A stretch of 62,798 bases of DNA, filler included, from Rhabdomonas costata (GCA_019059605.1; 51 parts of 51 records of this genome joined end to end with filler, not necessarily neighbours in it), one strand, 5' to 3'. Positions 1-12,155 are shown, numbered from the whole stretch's first letter. Notes: generated by a model not told the origin, from the letters alone. Numbers and translations: made by a program.

Positions 1-322
1 GGGGTTTGGTTGTCTGTTGGAGTAAGCATTGTTATTGTGGGGTTTGAAAGTGAAAAGTTAGGAATTAGCGGTGTGTAATGGTTCGCTCTGTCAGTCTGCA
101 ATGCGACACTTTTTTTTGTGCGTATGTTGACCGACGCGGCCGACGCTGCCGAGCACTAGATGCTAGAGAAGTCCGATTTGGGGTCACACTCTTCAAAATG
201 TCAGACCCAGTCAGATCAGATGCTGGGACCAAAGGGACGTAATTGCCTTGGCCGAAGTTTGGTTAGGCTTCCTAAGTTTTTAAGTACTTTTCTGATAGTA
301 AATCTTGTTCCTGCACGTTCAG

Positions 323-700
323 GTCTGCCGTGCTCCGGCAACGGCGTTTGCTCCGCCAAAGATGGCTCTTGCACCTGCTTCCAGGTGCGGCGTGCAATTT
401 TTATCAGCTCTTGTTTTTCCATCTCACTCATCACTCATGTTGCACCCAAAAAATGCATTCTTCCTTCCTCGCCTCCTCATCTGGAGCCTCTCGGGCTATC
501 TCTTTTGTGGTGACTTTGTGGTGACTTGAGTTTCCATTTCAGTCAGGCTAAGCCTGTTTTCATTCTCCCATGTCTTGCAAAGGACGCCGCACTGGGCTTC
601 TGGACTGGGGAGGCGTGCGCCACCTGCACCATCCTCTTCTATGGTGCCCGCTGCACGCTGCAGTGCCCATCGCAGGACGGGCTGGCATGCTCTGGCCACG
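323..700 (+). CDS. EGF-like/laminin-EGF repeat protein, internal exons 323-384 and 583-700
   Basis: GT-AG intron 385-582 joins in frame: LPCSGNGVCSAKDGSCTCFQ|DAALGFWTGEACATCTILFYGARCTLQCPSQDGLACSGH(G). Cys spacing and CSGxG starts are typical of EGF repeats. Confidence 0.85.
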
Positions 701-1234
701 GTGTGCACGCTGGAGTTCGGCTTCGAATAATCACCCCTAGTTTCGAGCACATCACAGACGCTCGTCCTTCCCGCCAGATTGCCATTGGCTGCCTTCTTGC
801 CTCCCCCATTGAGCGGCTCCTTAGGGACTCTGTGTGGAAGTTTAGGGAAGGTGCTTCGCCCTCCACAAAGCATGCAAGCCGAACTGGGAAGGGGCTGAGT
901 ACGAAACCACAAACTACGGGATACGGTATGGCCTCGAGGATACCGCCGCTGTTCATCCCTGGCTGTGTGCACAAGATCGATATCTATGCGAGCATATGAT
1001 CTGCTTTCTTGTCGATCATTAGGAGTTCATGTTCTTCTCCGATTCCATTGGGTACACCCATGCATTTCCCGCCCATTTTCGGCGCAGGGCGGTGCTCGGA
1101 GAGCTTTGGGGGATGCATGGGTGTACCCAAAAACNNNNNNNNNNNNNNNNNNNNNNNNNNNNNNNNNNNNNNNNNNNNTTAATTAATTAANNNNNNNNNN
1201 NNNNNNNNNNNNNNNNNNNNNNNNNNNNNNNNNN

Positions 1235-2251
1235 TGTGGTGGGTGTGGTTGGGGGTGTGGGCGGTGAGCCTGTGGGTGCAGTGCGGCGCTGAAGGGACAG
1301 AGGCGGTAGAGGCGCTGCTGGGATGGGTGCCGGCGGACTTTCCTCTGGTCCGGCTGCGGGTGTCGCGGGGACAGGACCCGCCCTCGCCGGACTTGCTGCT
1401 CTGCCTTGCTGACCTCAGCCGGCTCTCTGCCCTGCGAGAGGTCGAGGGGGAGTGGGGGTGAGGTGTTAAGTGGGATGGCAGTGTGTGGGAGGGAAGGAAC
1501 TTGTTCCGCGACTGGTGAAGAAAACAGTTCAGCGATGGATACATTTCGGCGGGATACAGAAGAAACGCTAAACGTACCAGGAGTTGGACGACATGCCTCC
1601 CTGGCTGCCTCCGGTTAGTGGTAGGTTGGGATGGATCAAAGAAAGAGTTCAAACAGTTCAAACAAGTGACCTTAGGGTCAAGGCCCCCTTTGAATCCTTG
1701 CAACACGTTCTCACCCGCACCCCGAGTGGGTCACACACGGGGATATGCCCACTGAAAGGTCTTTTCCATTCCCAACGTGGCCCAGGCATTCTTCTTCCAA
1801 GGTCACGGTCTACGATCCCCCGTTGTCTTTGTTATTTTCAGCTCGACAGTTCTTGATATGTCCCTGGACTAGGCGAGGGGTTTGCATCCCTGCCTTTCCT
1901 GTTGGACCTGTGGGTTGCACGAGGCTCCGGGATCGTCGGTACTATCCATGCACTCACTCTCAGCTCTCGCTGGAGTTCCGCAACCACGTCCTGGCGGACT
2001 GCCAGGAGGAGATCCAGGCCATCCAGGCGGCCAACGCCCCCTACCTCTCCGCCGTCCGCCTGCAGCTGTGCAGCTGTGAATCTGCCACCCCAGTTTGCTC
2101 CGCGGTGTGTGGGGTGGTGCCCCGGCTGGCCTCCCTGCACCTGGACTTCTCGTACGCAAAGCTGGGGGACCAGGCCCTCGCCGAGCTACTCGAGGGCTGC
2201 GCCGCGGCCCCTGGACTACGGTGCCTGTGCCTTCGCCTGGAAGGAGCTCAG
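1235..2251 (+). CDS. Leucine-rich repeat (RNI-like) protein, partial (clear exon 1964-2251; probable upstream exon from contig start to ~1450)
   Basis: Exon bounded by CAG and GTGCTT encodes ...PRLASLHLDFSYAKLGDQALAELLEGCAAAPGLRCLCLRLEGAQ, with LxxLxL repeats. Confidence 0.6.
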
Positions 2252-2284
2252 GTGCTTGCCTTGTCTTTTTACAGCATTACCCCC

Positions 2285-2363
2285 CCCCCCGTGGCACGCC
2301 CCTGGCTCGTCCGGCGGCTCCGGCCGCGCTGCGGTCTCCTCCCCTAAAATAATACTGTCCCAA
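2285..2363 (+). repeat. Dispersed repeat family A, copy 1 (intronic)
   Basis: Aligns over ~80 nt with 39237-39320, sharing CCCCCCGTGGCACGCCCC ... TAAT..TGTCCCAA. Confidence 0.8.
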
Positions 2364-2936
2364 AAAAACNNNNNNNNNNNNNNNNNNNNNNNNNNNNNNN
2401 NNNNNNNNNNNNNTTAATTAATTAANNNNNNNNNNNNNNNNNNNNNNNNNNNNNNNNNNNNNNNNNNNNGTGTTGGGTGTGGTTGGTGTTGTGGGCAGCT
2501 CTGGGAAGAGAGTGTACTCCGCACTGATGGACATGCTGAGGGTGGAGAGGGGCGCTCTGGTCTGCGCCACAGCTCCTGACAACCTGCTTGGGGTATGCGC
2601 CCGGGCTCAAGGGCAGGCTCCTTCTGTTTAGTATCGGCAGACATTTTTGATCTGGTGGGGTCTACTGCTGGGTTTCCACACGAGAACTGGCCCTGAATCC
2701 GGGCGTTTTCGGTCCCTTTGTTCACACGCAAATAAAAATAATCGCCTGACACTCCTGACACCTTATGACCCAACCACTCCAATCTGTTCGACGTCTGGTG
2801 TGGCCGACGTGGAGATTGGGTTGCGCATCAGCACCCGTTTTTGCATGGATTATGGGTGATGGCGCGGGTGAATCGGATGAGCGGATGAGCACTTGCACGT
2901 CCCGTTACTTGTCCTCTTCGTGACTGGGCCTCGCAG

Positions 2937-3337
2937 CGAATTGTTCTGTTGGATGCGGAGTCCACCCAGAAGGACTTCACGCGCCTCTACATTGTACTGA
3001 TGATGCTGTCCGCGGTTCTGATGGAATGTGGTGTGATGTTACACTCTCTCCACCCGCCGTTCTCTTGTTTTTTTCTTGCCTTGTGCTGAAAACAGAGCGC
3101 AAAGAGTCGCCTGTTCGCTGGTTCGCCGTTCTTTTTGGCATGCCATCGTTGTTTCTGCAATCGTCGTTAAGCTTTGCTGGTGACCGTTGGTTTCTTTGGC
3201 GCAGCGGAGTACGTGGACATGATCACTCATGTCCCTATGCTGCTGCACCTCGCTGTGCTTTTTCTCAACCCCGGGCCCACCGGAGAGGCAGCCTTTGCCA
3301 GGCCACTTCTTGCGATCCTGATGCAACTTATCGTGAA
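2937..3337 (+). CDS. Alpha-helical protein, possibly Furry/MOR2-PAG1-like; exons 2937-3030 and 3205-3337
   Basis: Phase-1 GT-AG intron gives RIVLLDAESTQKDFTRLYIVLMMLSAVLMECAEYVDMITHVPMLLHLAVLFLNP... The HVPMLLH segment recalls Furry HLPLLLH; family call is tentative. Confidence 0.5.
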
Positions 3338-4259
3338 GTTTGTTCTCGCCGCTCCCTCCTCCCTCCGTCGCATCCAAAAATATATCTGACCCATTCTTTT
3401 TTGCTTATTTTGAAATAATCGTTGGCTGTTTCGCTTCTTTACGCTTTCGATTTTGAAGAGAATGATGGGGTGGCTGGTGGAGTGTAAATTTTGGGGTCGG
3501 AGTATACCCGCACCTGGGATGGGCCTTGCGTGTTCGCGGTTTGCTGGCCGGTGACGTGTTAGTAGCACGGCTGGAGGCAGGGTCCTCTTTGGTTGGTTGC
3601 CNNNNNNNNNNNNNNNNNNNNNNNNNNNNNNNNNNNNNNNNNNNNTTAATTAATTAANNNNNNNNNNNNNNNNNNNNNNNNNNNNNNNNNNNNNNNNNNN
3701 NAACGCAAGGTTTTCTTCTTTCGCATTTTTGTTCCCCGCAGAGATCGAGGTTGCGAAGGGGGTGAATAAATCAGCACAAAACAAGGGTACACACAGCACA
3801 TCCTCAACAGGTCGACAACCTTTTCATGTATAGGGGACTTCGGTTTCAGCCCTGACAATAAGGTGAAGGAAGGAGAAGAGAAGACGCGGTATGATGTGAC
3901 GGCACCCGAACGGCCGCTTGACCCATTTTTCCACTCCCTTCTGTTCCACTCAAGCTGACAGCGAAACAGAGCAGTGGGGCTTTGGCTCTAAGAGCCCATG
4001 GAATCTGCTTGCAGGTGCAAGGAGCTCAGTCATGCAGCACAGGAGCGCTGCGTTTTCTGAAGATGGTCTTCTTGTTTGCTTGCGTTTCGTTATGAACGTG
4101 ATGAGAAAAAGTGGGGTTTTTGCTCCATTGCTAGAAAGTGTCTTTCGCTCCACCGAAGCCAAATAAACTCAACAGCAACGATAGCAGCCCATACCATCCA
4201 CCTGGAAAAGCCCGAAAAGCCTGAGGCACTGGTCATTACCCTCAAAATCTTGCACGTAC

Positions 4260-4469
4260 CTGCCTGCCCAGGGCCCCGGCCTCCCCCGTTTCCTCCGACT
4301 GCCGCAGGGCGTGGGCGTACCGAACCAGTGGGGCAGGGTCCACCACACCACGAGCAGCCTCCGCAAGCCCTGCCGTGCCATGTGCACAGACGATGCCCCC
4401 AAACTGAGCGAAGAGCGCCTCCAGCAGCGGGCCCTCGCCGCTCAGGTTCTCGGAGGAAGGCCTGGAGAT
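4260..4469 (-). CDS. Hypothetical protein, internal exon
   Basis: 210-nt GC-rich open exon between CAG and GTACGT: ISRPSSENLSGEGPLLEALFAQFGG...ALGRQ. Confidence 0.5.
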
Positions 4470-4648
4470 CTGAGGCCCCAACCCCAAAAAGGTGAGCGAA
4501 GCTCTGCAGGCACACGCCAAAGAACCGGAGAACAAAAGCAGCACAACCGCATCTCCATCGGAACAATTGTGTGCAGAGCTCTGTTCAACCGAGCGGGCAG
4601 GAGCACGGAAAGAAGGAAGGGGAGGCTGCAGGAAGAGAAGCGTCTGAA

Positions 4649-4824
4649 GGCTAAGCCGAAGCAGGCCTGGGGTCTTTTGTATATACAACAGGCCTGCCGA
4701 AACGCTCGTGGCCGGTCTTTGGGGTCAGAATACTCTGACCTTTCACCCTCGGCCGGTTGTGGTGCCCTTGGGCGGCTCTCTGGTATACCATTTGTGCCGC
4801 TTCTTGCCCCACGCAGCGGAGGGT
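4649..4824 (+). repeat. Dispersed repeat family B, copy 1
   Basis: Colinear with 62608-62744, including the exact 27-nt CGCTTCTTGCCCCACGCAGCGGAGGGT. Confidence 0.85.
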
Positions 4825-4935
4825 GTACAACACACNNNNNNNNNNNNNNNNNNNNNNNNNNNNNNNNNNNNNNNNNNNNTTAATTAATTAANNNNNNNNN
4901 NNNNNNNNNNNNNNNNNNNNNNNNNNNNNNNNNNN

Positions 4936-5405
4936 TGTTGGTGGGCCTTGTCTTGGGAGTCCGGCAGCCAGACTTTAATGGAGAAGCTACCGTGTTGCTT
5001 CCGGAACACCGTTGCCCCGTGGATGATGCCAGGGATGTGCCCCTCCGTGAGAGCCTGAATAACGCACAGCCAAACCAGCTCAACGTTGTGCTCCGCGCTG
5101 TGGCTGAGCTTGAAGTGCCCTCCAACACGATTCACCTCGTCCTCATAGATCGGGCGAATCCCCTCGCGGAACACGTGCAGGCTGCTGTATTGCCCCAGCA
5201 GCCCTGGGCGGTGCCGCTGCAGGGCTCCCACAAGCCCTTCTCCCCTGGGGTGGGCCTCCAGGATCCGCAGCTGAGCCTGCTCCGCGTGCCCCCGGACGGC
5301 TTTCCAGGTGTCGGTCCAGAAGTACCACACCCCTGAATGTAGGCCCTCGGAATGGAAGGCATCACTGGTCGTCGCGGAGTCCAACTCCGACTGAGCGGAC
5401 TGCAT
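4936..5405 (-). CDS. Divergent eIF4E-family cap-binding protein (3' truncated; start may lie further upstream)
   Basis: WYFW, LHVFREGIRPIYEDEVNRVGGHF, ELVWL, HGATVFRK and IKVW follow the eIF4E motif order. Confidence 0.85.
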
Positions 5406-6674
5406 TGGGAGTGAAACGATCCCGGACGAGGTATATTCCGACGCGCCCACACCCAGAGCAGAAGAAAGGCCTTCCGCTTCAACTTCGACTTGGTAAGGGG
5501 TTAGGGTTACAGGAGCTGTGACCGGCAAAATGCCCGAGTTCTGCTGCAGTGTACCCGGCAGATCGCGGGCTGTGGCATGGTATTCTCGGAAAGGATGCAT
5601 ATTTACAAAGAAAAGAAATGACTTGAGAAAAGCGCACCGCAATTCAAACAGAGATCAGAGCCTTTCAGGTCCAGTGGGGGTTGAGCCCAACTGTTCATCA
5701 TGGAGGGCGCGTCCCTCGGTCTGCCGAAATAATCGAGGGCCTTTTCGACTCCCCTTATATTTCTTTAGAACAGTCCACATGTCGCTTCGCGACAGTTTTG
5801 TTTTAAACATATTGTTCTAAAAGGCGAACAGCAAAATGGCTATCTGAGACGTCTGGCTTGAATGGCAACAGAAGGGCAATCTACTCACCGCACAGGTTTC
5901 GCGTCTCGCGCAAAAAAAAACATCAAGGCGACTGCAAATCTCTTCTGAAAGCTAAAATGCACCTCAGGGGTCGGATGCATTTTTTGTGTGTGGGTGTTAA
6001 ACGGTTTAAAGACGTTAAACGATAAGGTTCAAAACTATGCTCGCTGGTAGGCTCAGCCACCACAAACAANNNNNNNNNNNNNNNNNNNNNNNNNNNNNNN
6101 NNNNNNNNNNNNNTTAATTAATTAANNNNNNNNNNNNNNNNNNNNNNNNNNNNNNNNNNNNNNNNNNNNTTGTGGGGGGGTCCGGGTCCGCTAAGTATTG
6201 TTATGCCGGGCCCATAAAGGCGCTTGTTAACAGCCCACGTACGAGGAGAGGGGCCATAATTGCACTTGCGCCAGCATTCTTGATCTGTGCCTGGGGTGTG
6301 TGCGTCGGACTTTTGACAGTGGACAATGTGGCGTTCTCTGCTTGGCTTCTTAATATTGTTATACTTGCGTCCTCGTCGAGTTGTGCAGCGGAAAAATATT
6401 GGAAGAATATTCTTGACCATGAATTACCAGTATTGATGGGGTTCGCCTCTGCTGGGTTTGTATTTTAGTGCGTTTTCACCGGCGTGTGTCATCCATGTCA
6501 GTCCCATGTAGTGAATGCTTCTGTACAGGAGGTCACAACATGGGGTCGTTGTCCTGGTTCATGGAGGGTGCGAGTTTGCAAGCGCATATAGGACGTTGCC
6601 TTGCGCTGAGTTAACTACATGCATGTTTGTATGGGGAGCTGCGTTCAGATTTGCCTTGGGCCATTGCCCAACAG

Positions 6675-7186
6675 GATTTCATTGAGCAGCAGAAGGCCCA
6701 GCTCACGGAGCTGCTCCTGGCCCGCCAAGCCTCCGCTGCGTCAGCAAAGGCTGCAGCTGCGGCTGTGGCCTCAACCTCTGGGGACTTGCCCCCCCGGCCG
6801 GACGCCCCCTCGCAGAGAGGTTCTCTCGGAATGTTTTGGCTGACATATATTCCTGCTAAGAAGTGCATTCACCCGATGTTTTTTTATGTCCTGCTTCGAT
6901 GCAGGACATAAATTGCACCTTTGGCGCAAAGCAATCTTGCACGCACACATTCTGCTGTAAGAGACTTTCTGGACGGTTTTCAAGACCCCTAGTCTCTATT
7001 GAGATTTATTGTATCGCCGTTTTTCTGCGATTGGTCCTGTTGGGTTTCTCATATTGCTGATGTGTGCAATGGTGCAGAGGCTGCCCTTGCTGCCGACAAG
7101 GCAGAACTGGAGCGTGAGCTGCGGGACCTGCAAACACAGTTCCAGGAGCTTTTGAAGGAGTACGGCTCCTTGAAAAAGGAGCTGAA
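6675..7186 (+). CDS. Coiled-coil protein, exons 6675-6819 and 7078-7186
   Basis: Phase-1 GT-AG join: DFIEQQKAQLTELLLARQ...PSQRE AALAADKAELERELRDLQTQFQELLKEYGSLKKEL. Confidence 0.7.
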
Positions 7187-8642
7187 GTATGTCTGTGAGT
7201 AATTTGTTCCCAATTGCTTTTTGCCGATGAGAGATCCTATAAAAGGGAGATAGTCATTGCCGCGGGGGCTGACCTGCGGATCGCCATTTATCACCCCACA
7301 ACCNNNNNNNNNNNNNNNNNNNNNNNNNNNNNNNNNNNNNNNNNNNNTTAATTAATTAANNNNNNNNNNNNNNNNNNNNNNNNNNNNNNNNNNNNNNNNN
7401 NNNGTGGTGGGTGTGTACCTGTGTGCGTGTGCGCGCGCACGCACAAGCACACACTCACACGCACGCACGCACGCACAGGTGGCTCTCCTGCGATTCCATG
7501 TGGACGGATGCTAAGCCAGCATCAGACTGTTCAAGGGCGGGCGCGGATGCTGCCAATACCCACTCAGCTATCGTCTGTTGGAGCGCTGAGCAAGTGGGTT
7601 TTGTGCGAAACGGAGGTGTGCTGCAAGCTGATGACTTTTTATCCAGCTAATTTTTCTTCCATGAGGACATATGTGTTGCCATATGCGCTTGTAATTTCCT
7701 GAATAGAGCTCTTCTTCCGGCCTTTTTTTTCCCATTTGCCCACGCCTGCTTTTTCTTCCTGTTTCGTGTCTTTCTCGCATTTTTTCTGCTAAGCTCTGTG
7801 GCGTTTTGAAAACAACCTGGATTCTTTGTCTTTCGATGTCTTGCATTCCTTGGGGAAGGAACATTGTAGGCATCACTCGTTTTTCAGCTTCCCTTTTTCA
7901 TTTTTTTGCACAGGAGGCTTCTTCTTGAAGGCTCTGGCGGGTCTAATACTTTGGTGGTGGCTTGCTCCTCCTGGGCGGGTGAGGTGCGCGTCTGTGTGAA
8001 GCGACCCGCACTGATCTATCTGAGATTTTGGCAGGTTCCTGTGCTCGTGCCTGTGAAGAGTTCCCACCCCCTTTCCCCCTGCCGCCATTTTTTTGTTCCT
8101 CGGTTCTGAGACACTGATGGAAAAGAAGGAGATTGCTGGGCCTGTGCTGGGGAGCCCTGTCGCGTGCCAACAGGATGGAGGCATTGTCTTGCACATCTTC
8201 GCCCAGTCCAGCAGAAGAGCAAGTTCCCGGTTTTTCGGCCACCCAAGGTTCGTTTGCGATTGCGTCTGCGGCTGGGAGGATGTGTGCCCTGTCCATTGCA
8301 CCTGGCGATGCGCTGCTCAGCCGCACGGAATCGCTCAGAATGTTGGAACTGCTGCGCCACTGCGCAGACATTAAGCAATAAAAAGCAATCAAAGCAATCA
8401 CTTGTGGGCCTCACATCACAGACGAGAGTGTGATGGGCGGCAACGTCCACAAAAAACACACCTCAACCAAAACGTGAAGAGAAAAACAAAAACAGAATAG
8501 CCGGAGAGCAATCATTGGTGCAATGAAAACCAACCCNNNNNNNNNNNNNNNNNNNNNNNNNNNNNNNNNNNNNNNNNNNNTTAATTAATTAANNNNNNNN
8601 NNNNNNNNNNNNNNNNNNNNNNNNNNNNNNNNNNNNGTGTGG

Positions 8643-8669
8643 TGTGTGTGTGTGTGTGTGCGTGTGTGC
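8643..8669. repeat. (GT)n microsatellite
   Basis: Directly visible dinucleotide run. Confidence 0.9.
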
Positions 8670-9209
8670 GCGCGCGCCCTTCTTCAGCAAACACATTTTC
8701 CATGCGACTGAAATGAAATGTGTCGTGTTTACAGCGACCTTTGGAAGCGAGAAACTATGATGACTGATGTTCGCGTACTTGATGTCCTTGACTACCACAG
8801 AAACGATTCGCTATACTGGAGATCAAAGCAGAAAAGCACAGCAGAGAGCGCATAGCCCTACATAACCCCACATAAAAGCAATTCTCAGATACTATTACGG
8901 TGGACTTCGGGGATCGAATGTACAGAAAAATGAAATGGATTCCATCGGTTTCCAGCATAAACTGAATGCTCTGTCTTCATTCCACTTCCTTCAAGTCTTG
9001 ATGTTCTTTCTCTCGGACCCATTTCCACTTCTCTGTCACTCTATGTATTCTATCCTGATCAAAGCTGCAGTTGCTTACTGCCACTGCCATCTGCTGCACT
9101 CAGCTATCATCCTAATAGCGGTTTTCAACAATTCCTTCCCAAGCAGGGTGAAAAGTTCCAAAGGAAAGGTCGTGGAGTTCAGCCTTTCCCGGATGGGGGG
9201 AGGTGCTGC

Positions 9210-9376
9210 CTTCAACTCATCAAAGGGCTTGTACACCACCAGGGTGTCCATGGCCTCACCATGGGCCTGGGCCAGCTCGGGATCCGTCACCAGCGCGAAG
9301 TCAAAATTGTCGCGCTGGACCTTCGCGACGGCCCTCAGCAGCTCAGCAAGGTCAGAGCTCTCCGTGGTGTACGCCA
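9210..9376 (-). CDS. PDI: Protein disulfide isomerase, b (thioredoxin-like) domain exon
   Basis: AYTTESSDLAELLRAVAKVQRDNFDFALVTDPELAQAHGEAMDTLVVYKPFDELK; RDxFDF and VxYKPFDE are PDI-b hallmarks. TAG acceptor, apparent GC donor. Confidence 0.8.
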
Positions 9377-11307
9377 CTACGCCGCGACCCAACGGAGAAA
9401 ACACTAAAACCCTGCCCCTTCAAGCCTCCGAATTGCCCAGGTGAAATTCACTCTCACTGGCTTTTCCACGGCCTAGCAAGTGATAGCGATTCACGGCAGT
9501 GCGGGACGGCGGGAGAGCCGCAAAAGCCCATCTCTCTAAAGAAACGTGTGCAACCCTTCACGTCATGCCCCGTGCAAATCCAGAGCATTCGGAAAGACCT
9601 CCCACAAAGAACTGCGCGATGGGTAAAGTAATACAAACCACCTTCCAACGGAAAAACAAGGAAGACAACCATCTCTGCCGTCCAAATGTCTGAGGAAAAG
9701 GCCATTGCTCAGGACCGTGTAGAATGCTCATCTCCAGCACAGGATCATCGACGAGGAGTGAGTCGCATCANNNNNNNNNNNNNNNNNNNNNNNNNNNNNN
9801 NNNNNNNNNNNNNNTTAATTAATTAANNNNNNNNNNNNNNNNNNNNNNNNNNNNNNNNNNNNNNNNNNNNTGTGTGTTTTTTTATGGCCTCGAGCACAAG
9901 GCATGGTATCGTGTTTAAGTACATCACTACTTCTCTCCAACTCTGTGCTTTTGCAAGAGGATGGGAGGGGGGCATTTTGTAGGACTTTTGTGCTTTTTCT
10001 TAGCAAAACAACGACATGCTGAAACTTCCGCAGCGAGAAGTCGAGGAGTTCGAGCTTTCTTCGGTCTCCAGCGGAGGGGACGTTTAGGCAGCAGCTAAAC
10101 AACCCACCCGTTCCACTGGTAGGGATGCCTCAGCATCCCTTTATGTCCATGTGCTTGACTGTGCTCTTCTGAGTGTTCCCTTAACCACGCGAACGTTGCT
10201 AGTTGATTTCTTTATGTGGCCCGCATTTTTTACCTGCGCCTTCAGTGTAGAGGGAGGAAAATGATCATTCGATTTTTTTTCTTTACTGTGATTGCCCATC
10301 CTGCATGTCTCTGCTGTTTTTTTGGTTGTACTTGTGCGCACGTACCGTTTTTATATACGTGATGTGCGAGTCATGTATGTGGAAGTACAAGAACACTGTA
10401 TTGCCAGCGGCCGGGATCCCATCCCTGTGAGTCCGATCGGCATTGGGACAGGCGAGGATTTTATCATGAGATCGAAAAATCTGAGCGGTGTTGCTTGGTT
10501 GGGGGGAGGGGCGAGGAGGGAATGTGACGCCTCAGTCCTTCCCCATTGTATATACTTCCAGGACATCGCGGTGTGGGCTGGGGAGCCCGCAGTTGTATGT
10601 TTGTACTGCAAGGGGACCCTTCTTCCGCTCTTGCGGAGCAGAGAGCGGGGTTTCACTGCGCTGCTTATTTTCTATTTCTAGCTTTCCCTGGAACGTCCTG
10701 TGACTGGGGTGGAAACCCAACCCCTGGTTGAGGGCCGATCCCTTGGGGATCTGCTGTGCTTTAGTGTGTGTTCGTCTTGGTGTGGGTGGCAATCTCAATC
10801 TCAGGTGTTCAGCAGAAAGAAGCAAAAAAAACAACGCGACCAAGAAAACGATTCAGCGATGTCACACATGTCACACATGAACGAGACAAAAAATTGGGGG
10901 GTGGGTTAAACGTTTTGCACTGCTAACTGCTAAACAAATTTCCTAACCCCCCCCCCAAAAAAAAAATTAGAATGTGTCTGTCTTGCGGCAGTATACCCCC
11001 CCACNNNNNNNNNNNNNNNNNNNNNNNNNNNNNNNNNNNNNNNNNNNNTTAATTAATTAANNNNNNNNNNNNNNNNNNNNNNNNNNNNNNNNNNNNNNNN
11101 NNNNGTTGTTTCTCGCTATCAGCGTATGAGGCGAGCAAGCGACGATACGGTGCGCGTGTTTGGGGAGTGGTCCTCAGCATAGCTGGGCCTTAGGCCTTGA
11201 GGGCTGCGCAACCGTGACCTTCACCTCAATGAGGACGGATGCCTCCGTCAAGACTCTTAGGTCCTTTGGAGGAGGAACGGGCACGACATGGCAAGGCGAA
11301 AACTAAC

Positions 11308-12155
11308 CTGCTCCTTCCCAAAGGCGGACAGCGCGCTGATGCCGCGGGCTCGAGTGCGCCCGCCCCGCAGGGCATTCACCATGAACAGTGTCCCATTGGC
11401 GGCCTTGCCGGCCTTGCCCTCCAGGAACTCCTTCGCCACTTTGGCGTCCAAAGTGGTGCTGCTGAACGCCGGCCACACCAGGAAGCGCCCCTCCTGATAC
11501 TGGTCCTGCGGCGCACGGCGGTCGAGAAGGTGGAGGGGAATTGGAGAGGAATTGGCGGGAGAAATTTCGGCGCCCGCCATCGTTCGTTACAGTCTCTCTC
11601 TCTTTTGCATCTGCAATCGTTTTTTATGGAGGAGGAGGAGGGGATCAAATTTTCCAAGGTTTATACATCATAGAGAAGAGTAGTCGCACTCACGCACAAA
11701 GATTCAGAACAATACACCGCTGCGAGGTGTCGGCTCAATTATTATGAAATCAGCAACACTTCTGCTTGTCATGAAATTGCCAGCGAAGACACGGACCAGC
11801 ACCGCACATCGACACACTGAGGTCGATGAGTGCGTGTGCGGTACAGATGCACTTCCCCTGAAGGTTGCATCACGCCCACAGCTCCGCAGATGCACTGCTT
11901 GTATCGGCAAGAGCTCTGGTAACCGGGAATCATCTTGGCATCCTGTCCAGGGGCAGCAGCCTAGCAATAGGTACGGAGGGAGGGAGGGAGGAATATGGCC
12001 GGTACCAGGTCGACTTTGGCGTCGATCCCACGGTACAAGGGGAGCCCCCCAGTCTCCACTGGGGGCAGCTCCTGCAGACCCGCGTCCAGTTGCAGTGCAA
12101 GGTCCTGCCACTTCTGCAGCGCGGCCTTGTCCTTTCCTCGCAGTGCGGCGTTCAT
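11308..12155 (-). CDS. ARTC-type (R-S-E) mono-ADP-ribosyltransferase domain, exons 12155-12006 and 11505-11308
   Basis: Phase-0 GT-AG join: MNAALRG...LQELPP...LYRGIDAKVDL|DQYQEGRFLVWPAFSSTTLDAKVAKEF...GTLFMVN...ARGISALSAFGKEQ. Confidence 0.88.

Noticed and set aside
1135-1234. Regularly spaced TTAATTAATTAA as a biological repeat or array
   Set aside because: Embedded in fixed N runs; it is an artificial six-frame-stop linker. ORFs ending in X...LIN are artefacts.
8093-8381. Tyrosine recombinase (CxC...CPVH-like motif)
   Set aside because: No recognisable R-H-R-Y catalytic motifs, and another frame is equally plausible as a terminal exon.
10167-10176. Euglena-like spliced-leader fragment TTCTGAGTGT
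   Set aside because: Only 10 nt match, with no following T-tract or donor; expected by chance.
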